Shown here: piece by piece, positions 1 to 8,383 of the stretch
Numbering within the stretch: the stretch's first letter is position 1
Layout: every line of letters begins with the position of its first letter
Source: an uncultured Pirellulales bacterium
GTDB taxonomy: Bacteria; Planctomycetota; Phycisphaerae; Sedimentisphaerales; SM23-30
Assembly: GCA_964537505.1 (NCBI GenBank)
Contig: CAZICK010000008.1
Span: forward strand, 262-64,261
Direction of reading: 5' to 3'
Length of the DNA: 64,000 nucleotides
Translations under genes and position numbers: made by a program
Notes under the pieces: model-generated
The model's input: the letters and a program-made list of their open reading frames with translations, nothing else
Database searches by the model: none
What the model was told of the DNA's origin: nothing

Positions 1-284
1 TAAAGCGTCAAACTCCAAGGTTTTGCTTGCAAAACCTTGTAAAAAGCACCAACTTTATGGGAGTTGAACCACAAAAAAAGTATGATGAGGCGATTGAACA
101 TTATAACCGGGCAATTCAACTCGAACCGACTTTCGCCCGTGCTTACTATAACAAGGGGATGGCTTTGTCTGGGCAGAACAGACTCTCAGAGGCAATAGAA
201 GAATTCCGCACGTCTTTACGGTACGATCCCGATTTTCCCCGAGCCCGACGGCAATTAGAAGCCGCCTTGACGGAAAATAAGTGA
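1..284 (+). CDS. TPR-repeat protein, C-terminal fragment (5' end lies outside the window)
   Basis: The reading frame is open to the window edge. It contains two TPR-like 34-aa units (AIEHYNRAIQLEPTFARAYYNKGMAL and AIEEFRTSLRYDPDFPRARRQLEAAL). Confidence 0.6.
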   Translation, partial: KRQTPRFCLQNLVKSTNFMGVEPQKKYDEAIEHYNRAIQLEPTFARAYYNKGMALSGQNRLSEAIEEFRTSLRYDPDFPRARRQLEAALTENK

Positions 285-367
285 CAAATGGTTGGGTACT
301 ATTAAAATTCAGTTTGTTCGTTGAAGGATTTTATTGAAGTTGGAGAAAAAACAACTACAATCAATAC

Positions 368-1615
368 ATGCTTTCCAGCGTCAAAAACACGATATTTTCG
401 AGCGGCGGTGATTCCGCCAAGCCGTTGTACGTGGTGGCGTTCCTGATGTCGTTCGGCAACGGTGTTTTGTGGGTGTCGTGGCCGTTCGTAATCAAGGGGC
501 TGGACGGTACGGCCGCCGATGTGGGTAACTGCTTTGCCCTGCACATGGGGATCTACATGTGTACGTGTTTGGCTATCGGTTTTAGGCTTGGGCATTTGAA
601 CGCCAAGCGCGTTATCCAAAACGGCGTGGCAGTGGTGATCCTGGCGGTGGGAGGGATGTGCGGAGTTGTTATGCCAGCAAGTCAGCGGTGTTGCCAGTTC
701 GACCCTGTCTGGCTGATGATCGGTCTGGCTTTGCTGATCGGTGTGTCGATGGGTTTTTTCTGGCCGTATCTGATGGGCTGGCTCTCTGGAGGATATGAAG
801 GACGTGATCTCAACCGCCGATTGGGAATGTTCAATGTGGCGTGGGTAAGCGGCGGAATAATCAGCCCATGGATAGGCGGGATTTTGGTGGAAAGAAGTTC
901 ACTGCTGGCCCTGGCGGCGGCTGAGGTGGGGATGGTTCTGTGCTTTGTGGCCGTCAGCTTCACGCGAGGCGAGGACAGAGAATCGGCCGGGCAGAACAAC
1001 AATAATGCTATGCCTAACGATTTCAATGAAGCGTTACTACTGAAGTTTCGCTGGATTGCCCGCATTAGTCTGCTGTGTACGATGGTGTGCGTTGGATCGG
1101 TTCGCACTCAATTTGGACTGCTGCTGGTGGAACCTGTGTTGGGGTATTCCGAGTCGGATTTCGGGAAAGTGATGACGGTAGTGTCGTTGGCGTATTTTGC
1201 GGTGTTCGCAACAGCAGGGAAATGGCATTTCTGGCATTTCAGGATTGTGGTTCTGATCGGAGCCCAGATACTGATGGTATTGAGCATGGTGATTATCCTC
1301 CACAGCAGCAGGTTGTGGGAGTTTTTTGTGGCTGCTGCGGTTTTGGGTACCAGCGCCTCTTTTATTTATGCCTCACATCTTTATTATGGCGTTTCTGGAA
1401 GTAAAAGACGTTCGAGACGTATGGCTATCCATGAAACCACCCAGTCGCTGGGGATGGTCGTCGGCTCACTGGCGGGCGGTTATTTGTATGTGCATATCAG
1501 CGGCTATGCTCCGTATTGGTTTGGAATTGTGTTTTTTGGGGTCGGTTTTCTGGCCCAGATAATCGTCTGGTTCGCCCTGAAACCAACCGATCAAACAGAC
1601 AAACAATCCGTTTAA
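368..1615 (+). CDS. Polytopic membrane transporter, MFS-like
   Basis: The 415-aa product has about 12 hydrophobic spans in two halves separated by a polar loop (RGEDRESAGQNNNN). The class is called from topology only. Confidence 0.55.
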   Translation: MLSSVKNTIFSSGGDSAKPLYVVAFLMSFGNGVLWVSWPFVIKGLDGTAADVGNCFALHMGIYMCTCLAIGFRLGHLNAKRVIQNGVAVVILAVGGMCGVVMPASQRCCQFDPVWLMIGLALLIGVSMGFFWPYLMGWLSGGYEGRDLNRRLGMFNVAWVSGGIISPWIGGILVERSSLLALAAAEVGMVLCFVAVSFTRGEDRESAGQNNNNAMPNDFNEALLLKFRWIARISLLCTMVCVGSVRTQFGLLLVEPVLGYSESDFGKVMTVVSLAYFAVFATAGKWHFWHFRIVVLIGAQILMVLSMVIILHSSRLWEFFVAAAVLGTSASFIYASHLYYGVSGSKRRSRRMAIHETTQSLGMVVGSLAGGYLYVHISGYAPYWFGIVFFGVGFLAQIIVWFALKPTDQTDKQSV

Positions 1616-1674
1616 GCCTGACCGTCCCTACGTCCTTGCGATATAATACGAAAATGGAAAAACTGAGGTGAAAA

Positions 1675-2778
1675 ATGAAGATAACGAAGGTTGAATCTAT
1701 TCCTTTTGGTGTTCCGATCAGGCGATTTGCCGACGCTTACACCGGTTTTGGCAGTTCGAACGCGGTGCTGGTGAAGATTCATACCGACGACGGCTTGACA
1801 GGGTTCGGAGAAGCCTGTGCCTGGGAGCTGGAATTTTATGGCGAGACACTGGAATCGGTAAGTTCGACCATTCAAAAGTATGTGGTTCCACGTATCATCG
1901 GTGAAAACCCATTCAACATCAACCGCATCATGTCGATGATCGATTCGGCCGTGGCCCGGGTAACGTGCGTAAAAGAAGGGATCGATCTGGCGTTGCACGA
2001 TCTTGTCGGCAGGGCACTCAATGTCCCGGTCTATACATTACTGGGCGGCAGTTTTCGCGATGCAATTGCGGTTGCCTCGGAGATCGGTATCGACACCCCT
2101 GAAATTATGGCCCAAAGCGCACTGGATGTCCTGAAAATGGGCATAAAGGTCATCAAGATCAAAGGCTCCGACGATATGGACGAGGATATCAAACGTATCA
2201 GGACTGTACGGCAGGCGGTGGGCGATGATGTCGCTTTGAGGCTGGACCCTAATGCCGCATGGAATACGCATGGCGCCATAAAGACTATCAAGGCCCTTGA
2301 GGACTGTCACCTCCAGTTACTGGAACAGCCTGTGCCGGGCTGGGACCTCAAAGGTATGGCCCACATCCGCCGATCGATAGGTATTCCGCTGATGGCTGAT
2401 GAGAGTATATGGACCCCGCAGGACGTCATCAAGATAGCTGATTACGAAGCGGCCGACCTCATCAACATAAAGATATCCAAGACGTGCGGATTGTCATTGG
2501 CCAAGAAAGTTGAAGCGGTCGCGGAATCGCTTGGGCTTTCCTGCATAGTGGGTACTGAAATCGAACCGGGTTTTTCCATGATCGCCAAGCTGCACATGGC
2601 CGCTTCCATGAGCAATCATCCTTTAGCCAGCGAATTTACCGAGCTTTCACTTCTCAAGGACAACATTCTCAAGCAGAAGATAGTTTTGGAAGATGGCTGC
2701 GTCAAGGTCCCACAAGGACCGGGCCTGGGGGTCGAGCTGGACGAGCAGACTTTTGCCAAGTATATCATCGATCTATAA
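1675..2778 (+). CDS. Enolase-superfamily enzyme, muconate-lactonizing/dipeptide-epimerase subgroup
   Basis: A GAGG Shine-Dalgarno (SD) sequence precedes the ATG. The product has a KxK motif (VIKIKGS), metal-ligand contexts LRLDPN, LEQP and MADES, and a second lysine context NIKISK. Confidence 0.8.
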   Translation: MKITKVESIPFGVPIRRFADAYTGFGSSNAVLVKIHTDDGLTGFGEACAWELEFYGETLESVSSTIQKYVVPRIIGENPFNINRIMSMIDSAVARVTCVKEGIDLALHDLVGRALNVPVYTLLGGSFRDAIAVASEIGIDTPEIMAQSALDVLKMGIKVIKIKGSDDMDEDIKRIRTVRQAVGDDVALRLDPNAAWNTHGAIKTIKALEDCHLQLLEQPVPGWDLKGMAHIRRSIGIPLMADESIWTPQDVIKIADYEAADLINIKISKTCGLSLAKKVEAVAESLGLSCIVGTEIEPGFSMIAKLHMAASMSNHPLASEFTELSLLKDNILKQKIVLEDGCVKVPQGPGLGVELDEQTFAKYIIDL

Positions 2779-3113
2779 ACTCAAATCGACCGGTTTGAGC
2801 CTCTAAGTTTTTTCCAATTCGAGTCTTGCCATTCTTTATGCTCTTGGTTACTATAACAGCCGAAGAGTCATGGGCAAAAAACGATAGGGTGAGATTGGAA
2901 GATTTGTCGTTGCCGTCCTTGGCATTCTGTTCGTTAAGCATAATAGGCCTCCTTGCCATCTATGGTAATTTCTACCATAAAACATCGGCAAAAAGAGGCC
3001 AATATGCCCAATTTTAGCGTTTTTCTTTACCAATATCATGTGTGAGAACCAAAGTTCAGGGAATGTCCAATTCCGACTGAAGCATTACACCCGGTAGTTC
3101 TATATTTGATTTC

Positions 3114-3875
3114 TCAGCTTATTACCCCTTTTATGTATTCTTTTGTCATTTCTTCCTGAGGATTTTCAAAGACATCTACTGCCGGCCCGTGTTCGATTAA
3201 ATCGCCCAGATAAAGAAAAGCGACATGATCGGCGAGTCTTTTTGCCTGTCGCAAAATGTGAGTGACAATGATAATTGTATATTTTTCTTTTAATTTCAAA
3301 AAACTTTCCTCTATGCGTCGGCTTGATTTCGGATCAAGTGCCGATGTGGGTTCATCGGCAAGTATAATACCCGGTTCAACAGCCAGGCCTCTAGCCAGGC
3401 AAAGTCGCTGCTGCTGACCAACGGAAATTTTCGAGGCAGGGGTATGTAGCCTGTCTTTTACCTCTTCCCAGAGTCCTGATTCCTTTAGGTAATGCTCCAC
3501 GATACTGTTCAATTCCTTTTTGTTTTTCAGGCCGTGGATTCTTGGTCCATAGGCGACATTGTCATAGATCGACATGGGCAAAGGTGAAGGATTTTGGGAA
3601 AGCAGGCCCATTTTTTTTCTAATGTGAGTGACCTCCGCCTTGGGATCAAAGATGTTTTCCCCGTCAACTAAAACTTTACCTGAAACTTTAACCCCATCAA
3701 CCGAATCTATCAAACGGTTAAATGATTTTAGAAGCGTTGTTTTTCCGCAACCTGAAGGACCTATTATGACGATTATCTTTTTATCAGGAATGTCAAAAGT
3801 TATGTTTTTCAGGGCATGCTGCTTTCCGTAATAAACATTCAGATTTTGTACACTTATGTGTGTATTGCTTTGCAT
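3114..3875 (-). CDS. pstB: Phosphate ABC transporter ATP-binding protein PstB
   Basis: Walker A is GPSGCGKTT, the signature motif is VGQQQRLCLAR and Walker B is ILADEPTSALD. It is the last gene of a pstSCAB-ordered cluster. Confidence 0.9.
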   Translation of the reverse strand: MQSNTHISVQNLNVYYGKQHALKNITFDIPDKKIIVIIGPSGCGKTTLLKSFNRLIDSVDGVKVSGKVLVDGENIFDPKAEVTHIRKKMGLLSQNPSPLPMSIYDNVAYGPRIHGLKNKKELNSIVEHYLKESGLWEEVKDRLHTPASKISVGQQQRLCLARGLAVEPGIILADEPTSALDPKSSRRIEESFLKLKEKYTIIIVTHILRQAKRLADHVAFLYLGDLIEHGPAVDVFENPQEEMTKEYIKGVIS

Positions 3876-3884
3876 TATGAACTC

Positions 3885-4757
3885 CTATTTCACTATATGC
3901 CTGGTGAATCTTCTTGTTAGAATTCTGATGGTTATACTTATTGCCAAAATCATGATTGTAAGTATAAGAGCTGAAGCATAAGCACGGTCCTGTACCTCAG
4001 GAAAAGGGGTTCCCAACTGGAAGAAAATAGCCAACGGCAAAGTAGCCGCCGGTCTTAATAATGAATACGGAATAGAGTCACTAAAGCCCGCGGTAAATAT
4101 TACAGAGGCGGCGTCTCCGACCCCTCTACCGAAAGCAATCAGAATAGCGGTCAATATTCCCGGCAGTGCTTGTCTGACCACTACCTTCATGGCAGTTTCC
4201 AACCTGGTTGCACCTAACGAGTATGATGCTTCCAGCAACTTTTCTGGTATCATTTTTATTACTTCATCCATTGCCCTGATCATAATGGGCAGTATTAACA
4301 GCGAAACAGCGATAATCCCACCCAAAAGCGAGGCCCTCAGTCCGAAATAGAGCATGATCGTAAAACCAAAAGCTCCATAGACTATTGATGGAACCCCCCA
4401 TAAAACATCAAGAGCAAAACGTGTAAAAGAGGCCAGGCGCGACCCTTTTTTGACATATACGTTGAGATACAGAGCAACGGGCAGGCTAATAAAAATAGCC
4501 AAAATCGTTGCCCCACCCGCCAGATAAAGAGAACCCAAAATCGCATTCAATATCCCGCCTTCCTTGCCGAGATAGTATCCGCCTTTTGGAGTTTGAGTAA
4601 TCATGGCAAGGTCCAATGAAGGCAGCCCTTTTACGACGATAGCGGCCAATATAAGGACAAGGCACGAAAGGATCAAACAGGTCGAGGCGATCATTAATGC
4701 CTTAAAAATATTTTCTTCTATCTTTCTTTTGTCCACCTTATTGGATACTCCTTTCAA
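3885..4757 (-). CDS. pstA: Phosphate ABC transporter permease PstA
   Basis: The product is a six-span permease with an EAS-x-LGA-type motif (EASYSLGATRLE). The TTG start at 4757 overlaps the pstC end; an alternative GTG lies at 4736. Confidence 0.85.
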   Translation of the reverse strand: MKGVSNKVDKRKIEENIFKALMIASTCLILSCLVLILAAIVVKGLPSLDLAMITQTPKGGYYLGKEGGILNAILGSLYLAGGATILAIFISLPVALYLNVYVKKGSRLASFTRFALDVLWGVPSIVYGAFGFTIMLYFGLRASLLGGIIAVSLLILPIMIRAMDEVIKMIPEKLLEASYSLGATRLETAMKVVVRQALPGILTAILIAFGRGVGDAASVIFTAGFSDSIPYSLLRPAATLPLAIFFQLGTPFPEVQDRAYASALILTIMILAISITIRILTRRFTRHIVK

Positions 4758-5676
4758 CCTTGATCAGAACGACCCTGGCTAAAATATTAAACAGCAATAC
4801 AACCAGTAACAGAATCAGACAGGCAAGTAAAATTGCGGAGTCATAAAGTGGCACCGAAAGCATTTCGCCATAATTGTTGGCGATCAGTGCGGGCAGAGGA
4901 TAAGCAGGTTCGAGAGCCGATGATGGAACTTTGGCAACATTTCCAGCCACCATAAGCACGGCCATCGTCTCGCCAAAGGCACGCGACAATCCCAGTACAA
5001 TAGCTGCAATAACGCCGGGCATGGCTTTACGCATAACGACATACTTAATCGTTTGCCATTTTGTGGCGCCCAATGCCAGCGAGGCTTCTGTGATTCCATA
5101 AGGAACCGAGCGCAATACTTCCAGAGAAACATGAATAATTATAGGGAAAATCATTATTGCCAGAACAATCCCTCCGGCCAGCACACAATAACCTGTAGAA
5201 AAAGTACCGAAAAATGGAGCAATATGATCTTTTATCAACGGCACTATAACCAATACGCCCCAAACCCCATAGACCACCGATGGAATACCAGCCAACAAAT
5301 CTATAAGTGGTTTTGCCGACTCTCGAATGTATTTCGGTGCGTATTCAGAAAGATATATAGCAGCCAAAAGACAAAGAGGAATAGCAATAACAACCGCCAG
5401 AACCGTTACCCAGATCGACCCCATAATAAACGGGAAAAAGCCAAACTCACCCCGTAAAGGATGCCAGGAAGTCGAAAACAACAATTCCGATAACGGCTTG
5501 ATAGCCAGGATAGGTCTTGACCTTATATACAACCCGATGGCTATCAGGAATACAAGCAGCCCTGAGAAAATAGTTAAAAAAAACATGAACCTGCCGGCGA
5601 TTTTATCTTTTAACAGTCTTATATTTTGCATAATTTCGTCGATCTTCTTTACAATGATATATGCCCATGAAAACAC
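4738..5676 (-). CDS. pstC: Phosphate ABC transporter permease PstC
   Basis: The permease carries the motif EASLALGATKWQT. The start is uncertain: GTG at 5676 or the internal ATG at 5631. Confidence 0.85.
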   Translation of the reverse strand: MFSWAYIIVKKIDEIMQNIRLLKDKIAGRFMFFLTIFSGLLVFLIAIGLYIRSRPILAIKPLSELLFSTSWHPLRGEFGFFPFIMGSIWVTVLAVVIAIPLCLLAAIYLSEYAPKYIRESAKPLIDLLAGIPSVVYGVWGVLVIVPLIKDHIAPFFGTFSTGYCVLAGGIVLAIMIFPIIIHVSLEVLRSVPYGITEASLALGATKWQTIKYVVMRKAMPGVIAAIVLGLSRAFGETMAVLMVAGNVAKVPSSALEPAYPLPALIANNYGEMLSVPLYDSAILLACLILLLVVLLFNILARVVLIKVERSIQ

Positions 5677-5703
5677 GACTTTGCAAATACTTCCTTAGGA
5701 CGT

Positions 5704-6666
5704 TTACTTATTCGCAAGTTTCTTTATCTCTTCCTGGATTTTGTCTTTTGTAAGATTTATATATCCTGATTCGGGAACATATTTCTGGCCATCTGTAAGA
5801 ACCCAGTTTATAAACTCTCTGACGACTTTTCTTTTAGGGTTGCCCTGCGAAACAAGATGCAAAAGTCTGGCCGGTGGGGAAGGATATTGTCCAGTAGCTA
5901 TAGCTTTGACAATGTCATCGCGGCTGCTATAAAAATCCTCATCCTTATCTATCATGCCATTGCCATTTAAGTCAATTGGCAATACTCTTAAGCCGGCAAC
6001 CTGGTTTTTAGCCTTAGTGTCATATACGTAATTAATATTATTGAAACCGATCCCCAGAATATCTTTCCTTACTGCTTCTGCCAATCCCGGGTCTCCGTAA
6101 ACTCCAACTCCAAGAATATCCTCCTGGTTTCGCCCCAGATAATTAGCCCAGGTCTCAGCCGCTCCGCAGGCATCTGATCGAGTATAAACATTAATCTGGT
6201 GTGATCTGTCTGATCCTGCAACATCACCCCAGTTCTTGATCTCACCTGTAATCCAGATTTTAATAAAAGTTTCTTTGCAAACACCTTTGGTTATAAGTTC
6301 CGTTAGAGCAGGGTTATTCTCGTTAACCGTAGGCACTACCGCATCTTTGGTTACAGAGAACCAATAAGCCCCTTTCTCGATTTCAGCAGGGAAGATGTCT
6401 CTGGAAACCATGCCGAGATCCACTGCCTCAGCCAGGCAATCTGCCATCCCTTTGCCCGCACCTCCGGCCGCAATATCTATCTTTACCTTTGGATGTATCC
6501 TCTGAAACTCCTCAGCCCATTTGACTGCCATAGGATAAAGCGCCCAGGCCCCAGACATAGTTATTGTTCCATTTAGCTCACTTCCTTCAAATTGCTCCTC
6601 TGATTTTTTTTCACATCCGGCTACCAAAAGAACTGTTACCAATATACTACTCAAAATTATTTTCAT
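5704..6666 (-). CDS. pstS: PstS-family phosphate-binding lipoprotein with an embedded EF-hand/dockerin-like loop
   Basis: The signal peptide has the lipobox LVAGC. PBP-like motifs are present (AAGGAGKG, GEIKNWGDV). The loop DLNGNGMIDKDE is encoded at 5938-5973. Confidence 0.8.
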   Translation of the reverse strand: MKIILSSILVTVLLVAGCEKKSEEQFEGSELNGTITMSGAWALYPMAVKWAEEFQRIHPKVKIDIAAGGAGKGMADCLAEAVDLGMVSRDIFPAEIEKGAYWFSVTKDAVVPTVNENNPALTELITKGVCKETFIKIWITGEIKNWGDVAGSDRSHQINVYTRSDACGAAETWANYLGRNQEDILGVGVYGDPGLAEAVRKDILGIGFNNINYVYDTKAKNQVAGLRVLPIDLNGNGMIDKDEDFYSSRDDIVKAIATGQYPSPPARLLHLVSQGNPKRKVVREFINWVLTDGQKYVPESGYINLTKDKIQEEIKKLANK

Positions 6667-6750
6667 ATTTTTGCCGCCTTTCTGGCTGTAATTAAAAACA
6701 AGGCACAGGAATTTGTCTGCACTCCTTTATTATCGAAAAACATCCAGGGA

Positions 6751-7152
6751 TCATACCAAATCCGAAAGCTTCAGATTTTCCAGCCTGTTTGAAATATAAT
6801 CTCTGATTTCTTTGAATACTTTTGTGATTTTTTTCTCACCGGACAAAGGCGTGTCCGAGTGAAAATACTTGCTTACGGATTCCGTCGGTGCCAAAGCCCC
6901 GTCCATTAACCTTATGATCTCAGCTATACTGATTTGTGAAGGTGGCTTTGCCAGGGTATATCCTCCCGCCGATCCACGCCTGGTTTTGAGGTATCGATTC
7001 TGTTTAAGTATTAAGAAAAGCTGCTCCAAATACTTCTTGGGAATATCATGTTTCGAGCAAATATCTTCAATCTTCACGAAGATCGCCTCTTTCTGGCGGG
7101 CTATATAGATCAGACCCAAAATGGAGTATTCGCTTTTTGTGGTCAGTTTCAT
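6751..7152 (-). CDS. Rrf2-family transcriptional regulator (cysteine-less type)
   Basis: The N-terminus MKLTTKSEYSILGLIYIA plus the wing RRGSAGGYTLAKP are typical of Rrf2. No Cys triad is present. I trimmed the start to 7152 because the track start at 7215 lies inside the predicted promoter. Confidence 0.8.
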   Translation of the reverse strand: MKLTTKSEYSILGLIYIARQKEAIFVKIEDICSKHDIPKKYLEQLFLILKQNRYLKTRRGSAGGYTLAKPPSQISIAEIIRLMDGALAPTESVSKYFHSDTPLSGEKKITKVFKEIRDYISNRLENLKLSDLV

Positions 7153-7175
7153 TATTTTTTTCCCTTTCTCTAGTT

Positions 7176-7196
7176 TGTCTAGTAGCATTATAGACA
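7176..7196. promoter_or_regulatory. Inverted repeat TGTCTA-N9-TAGACA overlapping the -10 box; candidate Rrf2 operator
   Basis: Perfect 6-bp arms can be read directly in the sequence. The repeat overlaps the -10 element of the rrf2-pst promoter. Confidence 0.4.
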
Positions 7197-7215
7197 ATAT
7201 CGACCGACACGTCAA
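7187..7215 (-). promoter_or_regulatory. Sigma70-type promoter for the rrf2-pstSCAB transcript
   Basis: The minus strand reads TTGACG-N17-TATAAT, about 35 nt upstream of the ATG at 7152. Confidence 0.6.
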
Positions 7216-7401
7216 GGAAAATTTAAAATAATCTGAAAAAATGTCCCCGCTAATCCTGCTGGTAAAATTATGAATACGCGGGCGAATTGTCTATTTTGAC
7301 ATGCCGATGACAGTGATCAGCTTTGCTCAGGGGCAAATCCGATGGATTTATCCATGAGGACTCAATCGCTATTACTATAAACCGGTCAGTTTGAGTGATA
7401 T

Positions 7402-7575
7402 TCAAATGACTTTTCTGGCAAGTCGGGCTTCCTGGATGGTCTGGAATAATTCATCGCTCAACACGGCAGGGTCGATATCTCGCAACGACGGAAATACATT
7501 TCCAGGGTCATTTCCGTAACCGGCCCAGTCGGCCAACAGCCATTCAAACACCATCCCGCTTAATTCCGCCTCCAT
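7402..7575 (-). CDS. Unannotated 57-aa acidic protein, function unknown
   Basis: The ORF is below the track cutoff. Its product is MEAELSGMVFEWLLADWAGYGNDPGNVFPSLRDIDPAVLSDELFQTIQEARLARKVI. A GGAGG SD sits about 10 nt upstream of the ATG. Confidence 0.35.
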   Translation of the reverse strand: MEAELSGMVFEWLLADWAGYGNDPGNVFPSLRDIDPAVLSDELFQTIQEARLARKVI

Positions 7576-7623
7576 ACCTTCTTACCTCCGCCGCTCGGCG
7601 TAAATTGAATGGTTTTGCGGCAT

Positions 7624-7649
7624 AACGCCAAGCTGATCTCCCTTGTTCC
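7624..7649 (-). promoter_or_regulatory. ECF-sigma-like promoter motif GGAAC-N17-CGTT upstream of the 57-aa ORF
   Basis: The motif is read on the minus strand about 50 nt upstream of the ATG at 7575. It is a pattern match only. Confidence 0.25.
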
Positions 7650-7706
7650 AGTCCTACATAATCAAAAAACCATATAGAATAGTGCTTTCGTCCTGATCCT
7701 CTAAAC

Positions 7707-7739
7707 AAAAAAACCGACGCAAGCATCCCTGCCGTCGGT
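7707..7739 (-). terminator. Rho-independent terminator (minus strand)
   Basis: A 7-bp stem (ACCGACG/CGTCGGT) with a 13-nt loop is followed by a T7 run on the minus strand. Confidence 0.6.
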
Positions 7740-7764
7740 CTTAGATCACAATCCATTGTCTGAA
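7707..7764 (-). ncRNA. Candidate ~60-nt small RNA or attenuator leader, defined only by its promoter and terminator
   Basis: The promoter at 7771-7799 and the terminator at 7707-7739 bracket about 58 nt with no credible ORF. Confidence 0.3.
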
Positions 7765-7770
7765 AGGGGC

Positions 7771-7799
7771 ATGTTATCAGACGTTTGGAAGTTAGTCAA
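7771..7799 (-). promoter_or_regulatory. Sigma70-type promoter with an A/T-rich UP-like element
   Basis: The minus strand reads TTGACT-N17-TAACAT, preceded by TTTTTTTAAAAATTTTT. It is divergent from the tRNA-Pro promoter. Confidence 0.5.
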
Positions 7800-7897
7800 G
7801 AAAAATTTTTAAAAAAAGACGCTTGCGTCAATTTTTACCCGAAAAATCCCAAACGAAAATGATTTCACTTTTATTCCAACTATATATAAAAGGGTTG

Positions 7898-7926
7898 TTG
7901 ACAGTCCGCTCCAAGAAAGCTACTAT
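7898..7926 (+). promoter_or_regulatory. Sigma70-type promoter for tRNA-Pro
   Basis: TTGACA-N17-TACTAT ends 17 nt before the first tRNA nucleotide. Confidence 0.6.
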
Positions 7927-7943
7927 GGGGAAACGCCTATTTG

Positions 7944-8018
7944 CGGGGTGTAGCTCAGCTTGGCTAGAGCGCCTGCTTTGGGAGCAGGAAGTCGCAGGTT
8001 CAAATCCTGTCACCCCGA
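7944..8018 (+). tRNA. tRNA-Pro (anticodon UGG)
   Basis: I folded the cloverleaf by hand. The acceptor stem is CGGGGTG/CACCCCG, the anticodon stem CCTGC/GCAGG, the loop TTTGGGA and the T-loop TTCAAAT. The molecule is 75 nt and CCA is not encoded. Confidence 0.9.
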
Positions 8019-8254
8019 TTGCCGTAATCCTTTGTAAAGTAAGATAGTTACAAAGAGATGGTACCAGGAATCTTTCGCACTTTTTTTCTGGTAGTCTTCA
8101 TCTGGTCTTATCTTCCATTTGGTGCCTGCGATTTACCTCAACAATTCCCAACCACCAGGAATAATCGCTTACGCGTATCTGCCTTCTCGCCGCCCCCCCC
8201 CCCCGCCCCACCGATTCACAGACTTACCACCGATCTAACCACCTAAAAAAAAAG

Positions 8255-8276
8255 CCCCGAAGGGGCCCTCAAAGGC
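8255..8276 (-). terminator. Rho-independent terminator of the ECF sigma/anti-sigma operon
   Basis: The minus strand reads GCCCCTTCGGGGC followed by T9. It lies about 110 nt downstream of the stop at 8384. Confidence 0.7.
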
Positions 8277-8383
8277 TCTGTTCCGGACCTTTGAGGACCT
8301 CTCCTTCGTGGGTTTGAGGTAAAGATAAATCTAACTGTCTCGTATGCCGCTATCGGCAATTATCGCGTCGCACTTTTGACTTT

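Noticed and set aside
2779-3113. Small ORFs (62-64 aa) in the convergent gap after pstB, as a possible phoU substitute
   Set aside because: Their translations lack PhoU-like helical repeats and have no SD. They overlap each other on both strands.
8193-8204. A C12 homopolymer (followed by GCCCC) as a phase-variation switch
   Set aside because: It lies in noncoding DNA between the tRNA and a convergent terminator. The only ORF crossing it (8058-8246, giving PPPPP) has no start signals or plausible sequence. It may still be a sequencing or assembly-sensitive site.
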